DNA from: Azolla caroliniana
Taxonomy: Eukaryota; Plantae; Polypodiophyta
Reading direction: 5' to 3'
NCBI GenBank assembly: GCA_043228905.1
Contig: JBHGNT010000013.1
Coordinates: forward strand, 19,096,001 to 19,160,000
DNA: 64,000 nucleotides
Part shown: piece by piece, positions 25,930 through 39,700 of the stretch
Layout: every line of letters starts with the position of its first letter
Numbering within the stretch: position 1 is the stretch's first letter
Program-made: the position numbers and the translations under genes
The notes under the pieces: generated by a model
Database searches by the model: none
Told to the model about the DNA's origin: nothing
What the model saw: only the letters and a program-made list of their open reading frames with translations

Positions 25930-28900
25930 AAAAAAAGCGATGACGTTCCAAGAAACATGTTTATGATGTAACTTTGTACTCAAAACTCTAATTTTTATGA
26001 TTTTTGGTTCGTTGCGAAGCTCATTCAGAGAGCTTTTGGAAACTAAGTTTCCTTATTGTTACATGAAGCTACTAGCAAAATTGTCATCGTCTCAGGTTCT
26101 CTCAATCTTTGTTAGGATGGCTGACACAACAACAAGAAGTGAGTTGATGATTGTTGATGGATGTGGTAGTAATGATGGTTGTGAAAATTACAAGAGGCAA
26201 AAGTGTATCGATTCCACAGAACATGAGAAAACATCATATGATGTTATTCTTGGTGGGAAAGATGTTATTGGAGATGATTATAATATTGACAGTCATGATT
26301 TTGTTAAGGCTTTGCTTTCCGATTTTACATTGGAAAAAAATGAGGAAGATGCTAAAGATTGTGTGGAGGAGGATGTTGTAGAGGTGGTGATGGAGACCAA
26401 GTCTATGCTAGCAACTTTTGACAAGTTTTATGATCGTGGTGTTATTTTGTATTTCACTAGCAAACTTCCTTTGGTATCATGGATTAAGCAGTAGTTGAAT
26501 TCATTCATAATGCCTAATTGTGTTGAGGATGTCTATGTGGGTCCAAGCTATGACGTGGTTTTTCAATCGTTAGAACATCGTACGACTTTGATGGCAAAGG
26601 TACTGATGTTTTTTATAGAAGAATAGTGCATGTGATGGATTATAAAGATTTATTAAAAGAACAATGTCCAATTTGGGTGACCGTTGATTGCAATAACTCA
26701 TTCTTTTGGGATTTACTACCAAGATTGATGTCTCAAATTGGTAAAGTTTTGGTTGCTCATTTTAATTCGTTGAACAAATGTAGATTTTGCATGTTATGGG
26801 ATACAAGTTATAAACTTCCAGGATGGTTGAGTATAGATACATCTCGATTTAGTCGATTCCATTTTAAGCTTCAATGGGAGACCTTTGCAGGACATTGTTT
26901 TAAATGTGGTAAATTGGGGCATTTTATAGTTGAATACCAATCTCATGGTGAACTATCCCTAGAAAATAATGTCAAAGGGAAAAATAAGGAAGATGTTGAG
27001 AAGGATATTGTCTCAATCGTTGATATGGTCATGGATGAAGGAACATCTCATGGGTTAGAGCGAGATCCTAAAGTTCATGGTCATGTTAGAGGTGTTGGGG
27101 AGGAGAATGGAGTATGCATTAATGATGAGCCAGATGTTGAGGATGGAGAGTGGCATCAAGTGAAGCATAAGATAAAAAAGGGAAGGGTGTTCCATAGAAA
27201 GGGACACAAAAAATACTAATGGTAAGGCAATACCAAAAGATCATTTGAGATTGAATGAGGGGTTTAAGAAAAATCCTTGGCAGAAACAAGTGCAAAATCA
27301 GAGATTGTCCAACCAATTAAAATTTGATTCTTCAGGAAGGGTGGGACGACCTCAATTAAATCAAGGACTTCGTTCTCCTAGAGCTAGACAACAAAAGCCT
27401 AATATTGTTGGAGGGGATATAGTACACACGAATCCTTATGCAGCTCTTGAACAAGTAGTTAGTTCATTCATGAATACACTTACTCATAAAGAGCAAGTTC
27501 TTACTAAAGGTGTTAAATGAAAGTGGTATCATGGAATGTGCGAGGGGCATCTTCTCCTCATAAGAAATATATATTATGAAAAACTTTATTTGATAAAGAA
27601 TGGGGTGTTTTATGTGCAGTTGAACATAAGTGTCATGATTTAGCAGGATCTGTGTTACATTTGCGTGGATATTCCGCATATTATGTAGGATAGTGATCAC
27701 ATCATTACTCAGGAGTTGTCATGATAAATCGTGATTTGTTTTATCCACATATAGCCTATAATGATCCATATGGACGTTTTTTGGTGATGGAAGTCAAGTA
27801 TTTTGAGGATTTGATATGGTTGGTAGGAATCTATGCACCCAATAATGCTAATCAACGCATTGAGTTATGGTCTTCAATGTATGCACGATTATTGGTGGGC
27901 TGTGTTGGTTTGTTAATGGGTGATTTTAATATGTGTGTTGATGCTTCACGATCTACTTCACGATTATCATTGATGGATTCTCATGAGCAAGCAGTTTGGG
28001 AAAAATTGGCATCAGAGGTTTTGAAGTTGGATGTATGGTGGAAATGGTTGCATCAAGATGAGGTTGGGTTTACATTTCAGTCTATGCAATATAAGGAAAC
28101 ATGGAGTAGGTTAGATAGAATGTATGTTATGCATGATGAGTCCTTTTTGCTAGAGATGCTTAATATGTCAATTATGCAAGAGGTTGTGACATCAGATCAT
28201 TTTCCCATATGTTTTGAGTTCAATAAACACGAGGTAGATATGTACAAAACATTGCTTGATCGAGTTCCTTTAAGGTTTAATTCTTCTTTATTATTACATT
28301 CCTTATTTGGTGCCTATATGCAACAATTTTTTGGCATGTTTTCAGAACAAGTTATTTCAAAAGGATGGCATGCATGGGATACAACACTAGAAAACATCAA
28401 TGATATTCACCATCTTTATGGTATGGCTAATGCTAAAAGACGTAAGAAATTGATTGATAAGTTTTCATATATTCTTATGCGATGCAATGTACTACTGATG
28501 AATAATCTGCATGATGAAGAGCTTTTGGATGCTCAAGTTCAAGTACAAGACATTGTGAAGAATTTGTCTTGTTAAAGTTATTGACAGACTAGACTACGTC
28601 AATTGAAGGGTGGATTTATAGATAATCAATCACAATCTCATATGTTTTTTCAAGGATTAAGACCACCATATGCTCGTTCAAATGTGGTACAAATTAAGAT
28701 AGGGGACGACATTGTTGTAGACCCAATCAAGGTTATTGAGTTATGTATTACTCATTTCAAGAATTTGATTGGGCCAGAGTTGATTATTAATGAGGGTGTG
28801 TTGAAAGCACGACAAGAGTTTTATAATGTAATTGGGAGTGTCGTGAATAAAAATATATGTCAAGAATTGGATGTTGATTTTGAAGAAGATGAGGTGGAAA

Positions 28901-31243
28901 AGGTATTGTTACACCTTCCAAATTGTAAAAGCCCTAGTTGGGATGGTGTTACAAATGAAGTTTTTAAGAAGTATGTTGGCATGCTTAAGAGTCCATTCAC
29001 ACAAATGTTTCAACAATGTTGGGATTCTGGTTTCATGCTTGAGAGCTGGAAGGTGGGCTTAATCAAATTGATACCAAAGGTACCATCTACAGAGTCATTT
29101 CATCAATGGAGGCCTATTTCATTGATGGGAGGGTTATACAAAGTGTTTGCAAAGATATTATCCAACAAACTTTAGAAGTTCTTACCTCAACTTATTCGTC
29201 CTCTCGATATGGTTTTATTACAAGTAGAAATATATTGCATAATGTTTTGAATGTTCAAATGACTACCGATTATGCTCGACATACACATCAAGAAATGGTT
29301 ATGGTGCAATTAGATTTGGAAAAAGCATATGATCATGTTAATTGGTCTTTCTTGTCAGGTCTGACGTATAATATGGGGTTTGGTCCTCGTATGTGTCGAC
29401 TTATCTTTTTGCTAGGGCAAAATGCGACCTCGCGTGTGATGCTTAATGGCGGAGTTACTTCGAAAGTGTTTCTTACTAGATCCGTGCGGCAAGGATGTCC
29501 ACTAAGCCCATTGTTATTTGCTATTGTTACACATTCTTTATTAGCAATGTTGTCAAATCTTGCGGCTAATGGTGATATTGTGGGTTTGCATCTTCCTTCT
29601 GGTGGACAATTGGTGGCTCAAGCGTTGGCTGATGATTCTTTTATGTTTTTACAAGCCTCAAAAGAAAATCTTGAAAGGAGTATGCAAGTTTGGGATCAAT
29701 TTGCTTTGGCTTCAGGGTTGTATATAAATTGGAGGAAGTCTCGCCTTATTTCTTGTATGGAGAGTGATTTTGAATGTTTGGGATGGCGAGGGTTAGTGAT
29801 TACACAAGGATCAATTTATCGACATTTGGGTTATCCATTGGGTGTTAATGTTACAAATGTTCAATTGATTGATTGGATTGGTAGTAAATTGAAGGACAAA
29901 TTACATGGATTTCATGGACCATTTGGCTACTCCTAAAAGGTTAGGGGGTGCAACAATATTGGATTTGGAAAGACATTTGATGGCTCGTAGATTTGCATTA
30001 TTATGAGATATATGTCAACAAGATCAACCATGGATATCTATGATGCAATATTTTATTGACCATGAAGGATTGGTGGATGGGAAAACTATGATTCAAGCAT
30101 CCTGGTGGCCATTACTCAATGGAAGTATTCCACTAAAGATTCGACATTATGTATGTGGACAACATTTGGTAAGATCGTGGCAAGATGCATTATCTCTTTT
30201 TGAATGGGGACCATCAAGTGATCAAGAATATTGCAATTCATTACAAAATGAATTGCTTGTTTCTTCTCGAGTGTTGTTTTGGCATAGGAAAGAGAAGTTG
30301 AGATCTCAATTCGATCGTTTATTTCCATTGGGGATTGTACATTTGGAAGATGTGGTTGATAATGAATCTCAAAGGTTGTCGGATTTTGAAGATGCCAAGC
30401 GATGGTTATGTATTCCCCTAACTTATGGATTTATTTGGGAGAAATTACAAGATATACCATTGTTGCAAGGATCTTTGCCATTGAAAATAAAATTTGCACC
30501 TTGGGTGGATTGACGGTTACAAGAAGGTACACGCTTATTACAGGTCACTACAAATATATTGTATCATCATGCGATGGCATCATTATCTTGGCTATCTCCT
30601 ACAACAACGAAGTTGTGAAATGTATGGAAGTTTGATGCAAGGTGGTGGAAAATATTACAACGTAGTAGGCATTCCCATCTACCATTTTGTGCAAAGGTAT
30701 TCATATGGAGAGTCATGATTGGTGGGCTCCCATTAGGTTCAACCTTAAAGAGACGAGGACTAGGGTTCAACACTTGTTTCTTTTGCACTGTTCCATTGGA
30801 TGATAGTCCACATAGGTTCATTAAATGTCCTATAGCGTGTACCATTTGGAAGTACTTATCGGACATTTGGCAAGTTTTAACCCGTTGTTGTTTGAGACCT
30901 CAACAATGGGTTTTTTCTCAATATGTTCAAAATGGTTCAAATGATGAGATGGAGATATTGTTCCAATTTTTACGTTATTGGGGTCTACAACACAATTGGA
31001 ATATGCGCAATGCTTTCATGTTTGATAATAGACATGGGGTGAAAGCCTATATAAAGAAGCTTAAAGGTATTCTCATGTGGAATTTTTGGATGTTAGAGCA
31101 TGTGGGGATCATTTCCTCAAATGCATATTCAGGTTTTTTAATAGTCCCTCTCCCTACATAGGCATATGATAGGTAGAGAAGACTAAGAAGTGTCGTAATT
31201 AAGTGGATTTTACTTACAATTAATATAATTGTGTGCTTTTACC
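25927..31243 (+). mobile_element. L1-clade LINE, near full length, decayed
   Basis: ORF1 remnants with a zinc knuckle (CFKCGKLGHF). ORF2 starts at 27517 (MKVVSWNVRG) and has APE (GDFN, SRLDR, SDHFP), RT (LDLEKAYD, RQGCPLSP, LADD) and a C-terminal zinc finger (CFFC...HRFIKC). (GA)n tracts flank it at 25893-25926 and 31244-31268. Confidence 0.93.
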
Positions 31244-33434
31244 AGAGAGAGAGAGAGAGAGAGAGAGATTATAACAATGTGACTATTTGAATTTTGAAAA
31301 GGGAACCATTCTCCTTACAATATGTGATATCGTTTACGCCTCTTGGACACCCTTGAGCAAGTCCCAAACAAACACAATGCATGTGTGCGATCCAACGAGG
31401 GAATTTGTCTATTTAACATGGGACAGAGCCCAATTGTTTCCAAATAAAAAGTTCAAAGTTTTGAAATCTCGCCAATCCCATTTTCCCAACTACTTTTTTA
31501 AGCCAATTCTTAGTTTAGAAATTAAACAAATAAATAGTTATTTTCTTGCCTCTTCTCCACCTTGTGCTACGTTACTTAATGCATTGTTGAACCCTATTGT
31601 TCTTCCCCATTGTCTTCTTTGATGTAAGTGGTTTATGTATATTTGTCTCAAGAATAAAATTGATTTTGTTTTGTTTTCTTGGGTCTCTACAAAAATAGTA
31701 AGTGTAGAGAGAGAGAGAGAGACTTTATTATTGAACCCAAAGTGACGCATTTTTGCATAGTAATGTAGAAAGGAGTAGTGAGTCGTGACACTAAATGTTC
31801 AAGAATTTTACTAGTAAATATTGCAACTAGGAATGGACATTGAAATTATAATAGGAATATTTGTAATTGGATTGACAACGTGTAGAAAGCAAACACTTCG
31901 ATTCCCAAACAAACTATGAATACTTGGTGAGTCTCCTCACCTATGCTCCAATGCCCTATCTCACATTAAAGAGAACATGACCTACATGTAGATATTTTTT
32001 AGTGTTCATAGAGAGGCCAACATTGATCCATGGAACCTTAATACACTATTTTTCTTGATGTGCATCTCCTTCTTGGGAGATACTGAGAGAGATTTTCTCT
32101 AGGTGTTGGGCAAGAGAGAGAGATCCTCTCTCTGTGGTGTCCAGGAAAAAAGACAGAGAGTAAAGATACATATTCTATTCTATGTGGGTGGTGTTAGGAA
32201 AAAGAGTTTGAGATAGTAGAGATATTCTATTCTCTCTCAAAGTTGGGCAAAGTCCGTAACACAATGTAAGTCTATTGTTTAGGGAGGGAGGGATTATGAA
32301 CTTTCATATTTCACTTGAATCACTAAATTAATACACCTCCGATGGAGTTGAAAGACAACGAATAGCCTTCATCCAACAATGGTCGTCCTCTCCATTTCTT
32401 GAGTCAGTGGGCATCCACATAAGATGGAACTATCGTGTCCCTAAAGGGATTCGTACATAATCATCTCATTTGTAAAATTTTATAACTAATGGAAGGAATT
32501 TTTTTGGAAAAAATAAAATAAAATAAAAAATAAAAAATAAATACACCTTGCATTATCTACAAGCTTTATTGGAAGTCTATTAGACTTCTACCAACACAAG
32601 GTGTAAGTGGGTTCTCTTTCTCTTTTTGGTAGACATTTTACCTGTGATTGCTGGATTGTTATTTGCATATTCTTAAAAGACAAAGGAATGGTTAAATCAT
32701 ATCATATTTACATATGATTAAATAAATGCAAAAGAACTCTCTCCCTATATCGCCACCTTTAATTATTTGTGGAATGTGTATGTAGATTGCATTTTTTATT
32801 ATCTATTATCATAGGTCACAAATAAGAAAAACACTAATTAGCTCTGGCCCTCAAAGTGTTTACTAAGTGGCTTAGTTACTATATTTTTAAATAGAAAGTA
32901 GGGATTGTGCATTCAATGTAATCACTTCTTTTATCTTGAGGGTCAAAGAGGTGGGAGATGTATTTGAGGTTCAATTTCAATGCATTTTTGACTTTCTTGA
33001 GATGTGATGATTATTACATATCCTGCCCAATTGCAGGATTGTTTGGTAGCAACTACAAAGGATACCATTGATGTAGGGTTCATTACCTATATAAACCAAA
33101 GACCAATTATGGGTTGATTGGTTGGTGTTTTATAAGGTCAACCTTAGTTTTTACTCTTGATTACTAATATCTTCGTTGAGAATTAGGTCCCTTTCGGATG
33201 GGCCGAATTCAGGACAAAGGAAAATGTAAATATATTTGAGTCGAGTCTACTTAGACCAGTTATGTAAATAGCCTGAAAGTTATCTAAGTATAAATATAAC
33301 TAGGGAAAACCTTATGTTTGTGTTCACTGTGAGCGTAGATAGTTGTGTTGTTCATTGTCTAGTAGTGTAAGTTGTCTGTTTAACGGTGTACAACGCGTGC
33401 GAGGTTGTTAACTCTGAAGTAGAGTAGCTATAGT

Positions 33435-33491
<57 letters not shown>

Positions 33492-33805
33492 AAAGGGGAT
33501 GGCGAGAGCTTCTCTATTGTAACCGACCGTCGGCAAAGTGTACGAGCTTAGGTCGATGCCTGTGAGTTCGTTTGTTGTATATTACTCTCTCATAGTGATT
33601 TTTTTGGTGTTTGTGGGCACCCGTGGTTTTTTACCCGATTTGGGGTTTTCCACAATATATTTTGTGTACTTTCATCTCAGAGAGGCTTGCTCTCTATTTC
33701 TGCTTGTGTTCCCTATTCTACATCCGACTCGGTTGTAGCCGAGTTCCCGTTTTTCTTACAAATTGGTATCAGAGCATAGAAAAATGGAAGATTCATTTGG
33801 GGGTA

Positions 33806-34970
33806 TAACACCGAGACATTTGAAACAGGTAATATGTCGCATTTTGAGAACTGTCCATAAAAAATGACACAAATTAGGGCGATTCACAAAAAAGGGTGCC
33901 GCATGTGTAAAGGATTTTAAAAAATGTCCCAAAAATATATTGATTTTTAGCATGTACGAAAATTTAGGTGTTCAAAAAAATGCCTAAATAATGGACATCC
34001 CAAACCCAAAATGACTAACACCAATATTTTTAGAAATTCATGAATCCAAATCTTGATGTACAATACAATATTTATAGTTAGCGTATTAGGACAATCGTTT
34101 TCCAAGTTTATGCCATCATCTTCATACCCATTAGATGAACTAGTAAGAGTTTATGAGGTCTCATCCTCATCATCAATGGCAACTAACGTATTGTCTTCAT
34201 CCAAGTGCAATCCAACCTCATCGAGGTTATGAGTCATGCTTCTTGTTTGTCTTTGTGTTGTGTCTGAAGCCACATTCAAGATCCTCTTTTAGTATCTTCA
34301 TTGTGGTCTGTCGCAAATAACTTGTTTTGGTCAAAGATAAGTCATAGACTAGTATATAAACATTATCCAATGTAAGAGTAGATGTGCTTGATGCATTCTT
34401 TCTTCTTCACTTTTTGGTTATGATATTTAATTATGTACTTTTTATATATGATATTTGATTATGTGAGTTAAACCTTCTACCAAAATCATTAGAATCTAAA
34501 AATTGCCGTAAAGATGTTTTTTCGTTTTTCTTAGATTCTCATAGTAAGCCTTTGATGTCAAACAGAAATCCGATTCATTCCATCTAGATTTGATGCACTA
34601 TGTTGAATTTTATTTTATACACCTAGAATTAAATGTAGTGCATCAGATTCTTGTTGTAAGTCTTGGAATTTTTAAAAAAAATTCCATTAAAAAAATACTC
34701 TTGCATTTTCAACTGAGACATAATGCATTGCATCGAATTCTAGCTATATAGACTAAAATATGATACATTGCATTGGATAGAATATATGTCAAATGATTTT
34801 GTTGACGTGATATTAGTTAGTTATATTTTTCGTTATGTTTTCATAAACCACATACGCATGCGTCGTGCCTTTTTGAAATTATGCTTAAATAAGGCATTTT
34901 TTAACATCTCATTACTTAGATATGAAAAAGAGAATGCGACATATTACTTGTTTCAAATGACCCGGTGTTG
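33806..34970. mobile_element. Non-autonomous TIR DNA transposon with TA target duplication (Tc1/mariner-like), 1165 bp
   Basis: About 38-bp imperfect TIRs (YAACACCGRGWCATTTGAAACARGTAATATGTCGCATT). TA at 33804-33805 and 34971-34972. Removing it restores the host gag GGT ATG TTC AAG. Confidence 0.88.
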
Positions 34971-35133
34971 TATGTTCAAGATAACCGACTCCAACTATTG
35001 AATGTGGAAGTCGAAGATGAGAGATATGCTAGTGTGCAAAGACCTATGGCTGCAAGTACAGTTCGGAAGTAAAAGGTCAGACAAGATTGATGCATCGACT
35101 TGGGAAGTGTTGCGTCTAAAGGCAGCAACATAC

Positions 35134-35690
35134 TATTGGGATCGCGACCGACAGCAACCGGTTTCTCGTATGTATATTCGGGTGCAAAGAATCGAGTAAG
35201 ATAGTGCACATACAGAAAACAGAAAATGGAGAAAACATAAACAAGGCACAAGAATTTTAACGTGGAAAACCCGAATGGGAAAAATAACGTGGAGTCCACA
35301 AAATCCAAACTAAATCACTAAATCTAGAGGAGGTACACTTAGAAACTCTGAGGCAACAACCTCGAGATCTTCTTCATCCGACAGACAGACGATTACAGAG
35401 TAGACACTCACTAACTCTCACTCTCTCTCATAGTTTCAGAGGCAATGACCTCATCAGTAACTATACATTTATGATTAACTACTCACTTATCTCATAATGA
35501 TTTCCCTAGGAGTATTTATACCAATACAACTTTCTGGGCTATTTACAGATATAGCCCACAAGGGGCACATTAAGACTATTTACAAATATAGCCTCTCTAA
35601 TCGGCTATTAAATCAATTATTTGATTTGTCGATTTTCGATTGTTCGATTTGACTGTTGCTCCTCCCATCCGGAGGGACCTGTTCCCAACA
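35134..35690 (-). mobile_element. Solo LTR (557 bp) with 5-bp TSD CATAC
   Basis: Termini TATTGGGA...TCCCAACA; CATAC at 35129-35133 and 35691-35695; TATAAATA on the - strand at about 35513-35520; host frame restored on removal. Confidence 0.9.
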
Positions 35691-36663
35691 CATACATTAG
35701 GTGTTTTATAGACAGACTCTATACAACAACTTTGATGCTGAGAACAAGGCAAATGTCCTTTGGGAGAAGATCAACATCATGTTCAAGAACAAAAATGCCG
35801 TCAATAGAGTCTCAGTCTTCAGAAAGATCGTGAGACTACGGTATCAGGATGGCTCCAACATGGTGGAGCACTTCAATGCCTTCTGTTGAGAATCAAACTC
35901 AACTTCCCAAATAAAGTGCTTTCACAATAGCCAATGGACATTCTAAGCTAGTTTTATAAATAGTTGAAAGGGCAGTTGCCCTAGACTAGTTGGTATTTAA
36001 ACCAACCTTTTGTAACTTAGTTACTGTTGGATGTAATTATGTTTCTCACTAAAACAACTTCTTGTTCTTGTCTCTCTCTCCTCCTCTCTTCACGTCTTAC
36101 GTACTCACACACAATTCACTTCCGTTGCACAACATCACCTACGTCACCCACTTCTTTACATGGTATTAGAGTGTGTGGTGGTCTGATCAAATTCGCTCAA
36201 CTGTGCTATGCTACACACCGACGATCAACAGAATCAGTTAAACAATAGAGGAGAAATCGACACCATGAACACTCAGATGGGAAGCACTCTTCCTACGGAG
36301 AAGCTCGATAGGAAAAACTTCACATCTTGGGAATACATGATGCATCAATACCTTCTCAAACAAGGTTATTGGAACTATATCGAAGTAGCTCACGAAAACC
36401 AACCCAACCTAGCACATGTCGACTACCCAACATGGAAGCAAGTGGCTAGTCGTGTGTTGTATTGCCTTGCATCATGCATTCATGATCACATGCTCGACTA
36501 TATTCAAGAGGCAAAACGCCTAAACAAGCTTGGGGCAATCTCAAGAAGATTTCCGCAGCCAACACGGCTGCATGAAAACTCCAACTCTGATAGGAGTTAA
36601 ACAATATGCAACAGAGGGACATCTTAATCACTAGCTATACCTTGAAGATCAAGGAGTTGTGTG

Positions 36664-36748
36664 TGTTGTAGACGAGGTCGTCTATGCGGAAGATCAAGAA
36701 GCATTCGATTGCTGTTGAGTACCTGCGTATAACAGAATCATAGATCGT

Positions 36749-36787
<39 letters not shown>

Positions 36788-39700
36788 CACAAAAGACTTT
36801 CTTATTCAACAAAGCAATAATACAACACCCAACCTTACAAAAAGGTTACAAGGTCACTATATATAGTGACCGACTTAGGGCAACTACCCTTTATGCTAAT
36901 TACACAAATGGTCTAAAGGGATAGTGTGAATACGTCCATTATACACTTGTATTCGACACTCCCCCGTAATGGGCGTATACATGGGTTATCTAAGATTACA
37001 GGTATAGACTTAGGTTCTCGGACATATCAGCTTTGTTCGAGTCGGCAGGGTCCGAAGGCAGAAGACCGAACTGGTCGGGTCGGAACAGTTGAAGCCGATC
37101 ATTAAGGAACTGATGTCGGTTGTCGGGAACCATCCTGCGCTGTGTCCGGCTCTAACCGGACTGGTTTGTCGTTACGCCCATCTGATGCCGAAGAGACCGA
37201 AAGCGGTCTGCCGAAAGACACTTGGTCATTCCATCTGCGACATTGTCGGTTGTGGATATTTTCTCTAGACCGATTTTCCCTGAGATGACGCAGTCCCGAA
37301 CGAAGTGATATTGAACGTCGATATGTTTGGAGGCGTTGTGGTGAACCGGATTTTTCGACAAGGCAACAGCACCTTGACTGTCGCTATAGACAACTGGGGC
37401 CGAGTCATGATCGACTTGCCGAAACGTGTGCGCCAGCCGACCGAGCCATAAGGCTTCTTTTGCTGCGTCGGACGCAGCTACATATTCTGCTTCGGTCGTT
37501 GAGGTCGCTGTGCACTCCTGAAGTTTCGACTTCCACGAAATTGCTCCATTGCCGAATTTGAAGCAGTATCCGGTTGTTGATTTCCGACTGTCTATACAGC
37601 CGGCGAAGTCCGAGTCGGTGTAACCGACTACGCCTGAGGTTCGGTTCGGACCGAAAAGAATGCCATGGTCTTTTGTGCCAGCCAGATATTTGAACACATG
37701 CTTGACTGCGTTCCAATGCGATCGGCCAGGATTGTGCATAAATCTGCTAACGACTCCTACGGCATGAGAAATATCAGGCCGTGTCGCGACCATCAGGTAC
37801 ATAAGGGAGCCGACTGCCGGTGCATACGGTACCGACTTCATATCTTCCCCCTCCGGGCCGGATGTCGGGCAGTCTCGCTGAGAGAGCCGAAGATTCATTG
37901 GGAGCGGGGTTGAAGCAGATTTGGCTGATTGCATGTTGAAGCGTTCCAAGACACGTCCGATATAGTCGTTCTGAGACAAAAAAAGATGTCGTTTGTCGCG
38001 ATGCCGACTAATCTTCATGCCGAGTATGTGTCGTGCCGGACCGAGGTCCTTCATGGCAAACTTCAACCGCAGTTGCCGAATGAGATCGGCAAGTTCGCCC
38101 GCGTGGCGTCCAGAAATTAGCATGTCGTCCACGTAAATGATGAGGAAGATGGGTGATCCATCTTGAGCTGTGTTGGTGAAGAGACAATGGTCCTCATCGC
38201 TTTTGGAGAAGCCGATCGATTGGATGAAGTCGTCGAACTTCTTGTACCATTGTCGCGGTGCCTGTTTGAGGCCGTATAGACTCTTCCTGAGTCGGCAGAC
38301 TAGATGTTCTTGGCCAGGTGCCACGAAGCCTTTTGGCTGCTCCATATAAATTTCCTCCTCGAGATCACCATGGAGGAAGGCTGTTTTGACATCTAGCTGA
38401 ATCAGCTCCAAGTTGTCGGCTGCCACTACGCCGAGTAGAAAACGAAGGGTTGTCATTTTCACCACTGGTGAAAAAATCTCGTCGAAGTCGACGCCATATT
38501 CTTGTCGGAAGCCCTTCGCAACTAATCTGGCCTTGTACTTTGGGGTGGTCGAATCAGACGTCTCTTTTAGTCGATAAACCCACTTGCAAGGAAGAGCACG
38601 TCGGTTCCTAGGTAATTCGACCAGATCCCAAGTCTTGTTTGCCCGAATGGAGTGCATTTCCGACTCCATCGCCAGATGCCAGGTGGCGGAATCGACAGAT
38701 GTCGATGCTTCTTCGTAAGACGTCGGTTCGCCGGCGTCGGTGAAGAAAATTCCAGGAGAATACCTCTCCGGAGGTTGCGACAGTCTCTCGGATCGTCGAG
38801 GTATGATTGGATTGGTCGCATCGGGTATCGAGGTCGGATGGTCCAAAAGCGGATTGTTCTGCTGTGCCGAGTCGGAGTTGTCCGAGTCGGTAGTGTAAGG
38901 TTCAGCTACCCGTGAAGCTGACCGTGTGTTGAGAGCGGGGCCTTCTTGAAGGGTCGGCACATCGGAAAATGTTACCCTTCGGACTTCGATCGGTTTTTCG
39001 ACTGATGGATTCATAGCCGACTCGTTGAACACAACGTCCGAACTTCGGACGATTTGTCTGCGTTCGGGATCCCAGAGTCGGTATCCCATTTCGCCGTTGG
39101 ATCCATATCCGAGGAAAATGCATTTCCTGGACCGAGGTGCAAGTTTTCGGCGATCATCTTTCGGAATAAGGGCGTACGCCTCGCATCCGAAGATCCTCAG
39201 CTTGTCGTAATTCGGCTTACTGCCGATCCATAGTTCCTGAGGAATTTGAAGTCCTAGAGGTCTACTTGGCGACATATTGATTATGTGTACTGCCGTGAGT
39301 AGAGCCTCTGCCCAGAAGCCATCCGACAGTCCGGAGTGTTGGAGCATGGAAACTATCCTTTCTTGGATTGTCCGATTCATTCGTTCGGCAATCCCGTTTT
39401 GCTCCGGGCTGTGTGGTGCCGTAAATTCACGTCGGATGCCGCGTTGTCGGCAGAATTTGACGAATTCTTCGGATTTGAACTCTCCCCCATTGTCTGTCCG
39501 AAGGCATTTCAGCTTTCGGTCGGTTTGATTTTCTACCATAGCGAGCCAATCGGTGAAGATCGAGAAGACACGATCTTTGGTGCGAATTGGATAAGCCCAC
39601 ACCTTTCGAGTCGAATCGTCAATAAAACTGACGAAGTAAGAGGCACCGCCTAGAGACTGATGCAGCATTGGGCCACAGACGTCCGAATGGACTAAATCAA

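Larger units (their letters stand above)
33174..35883 (+). mobile_element. Tnt1/Tork-like copia, 5' part (LTR 33174-33760, PBS 33764-33775, gag), carrying nested insertions
   Basis: PBS TGGTATCAGAGC. The gag MEDSFGG|MFKITDSNY..WKSKMRDMLVCKDL...AATY|IRCFID is restored when the insertions are removed. The left LTR boundary (CGTTGAGAA) is inferred. Confidence 0.85.
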
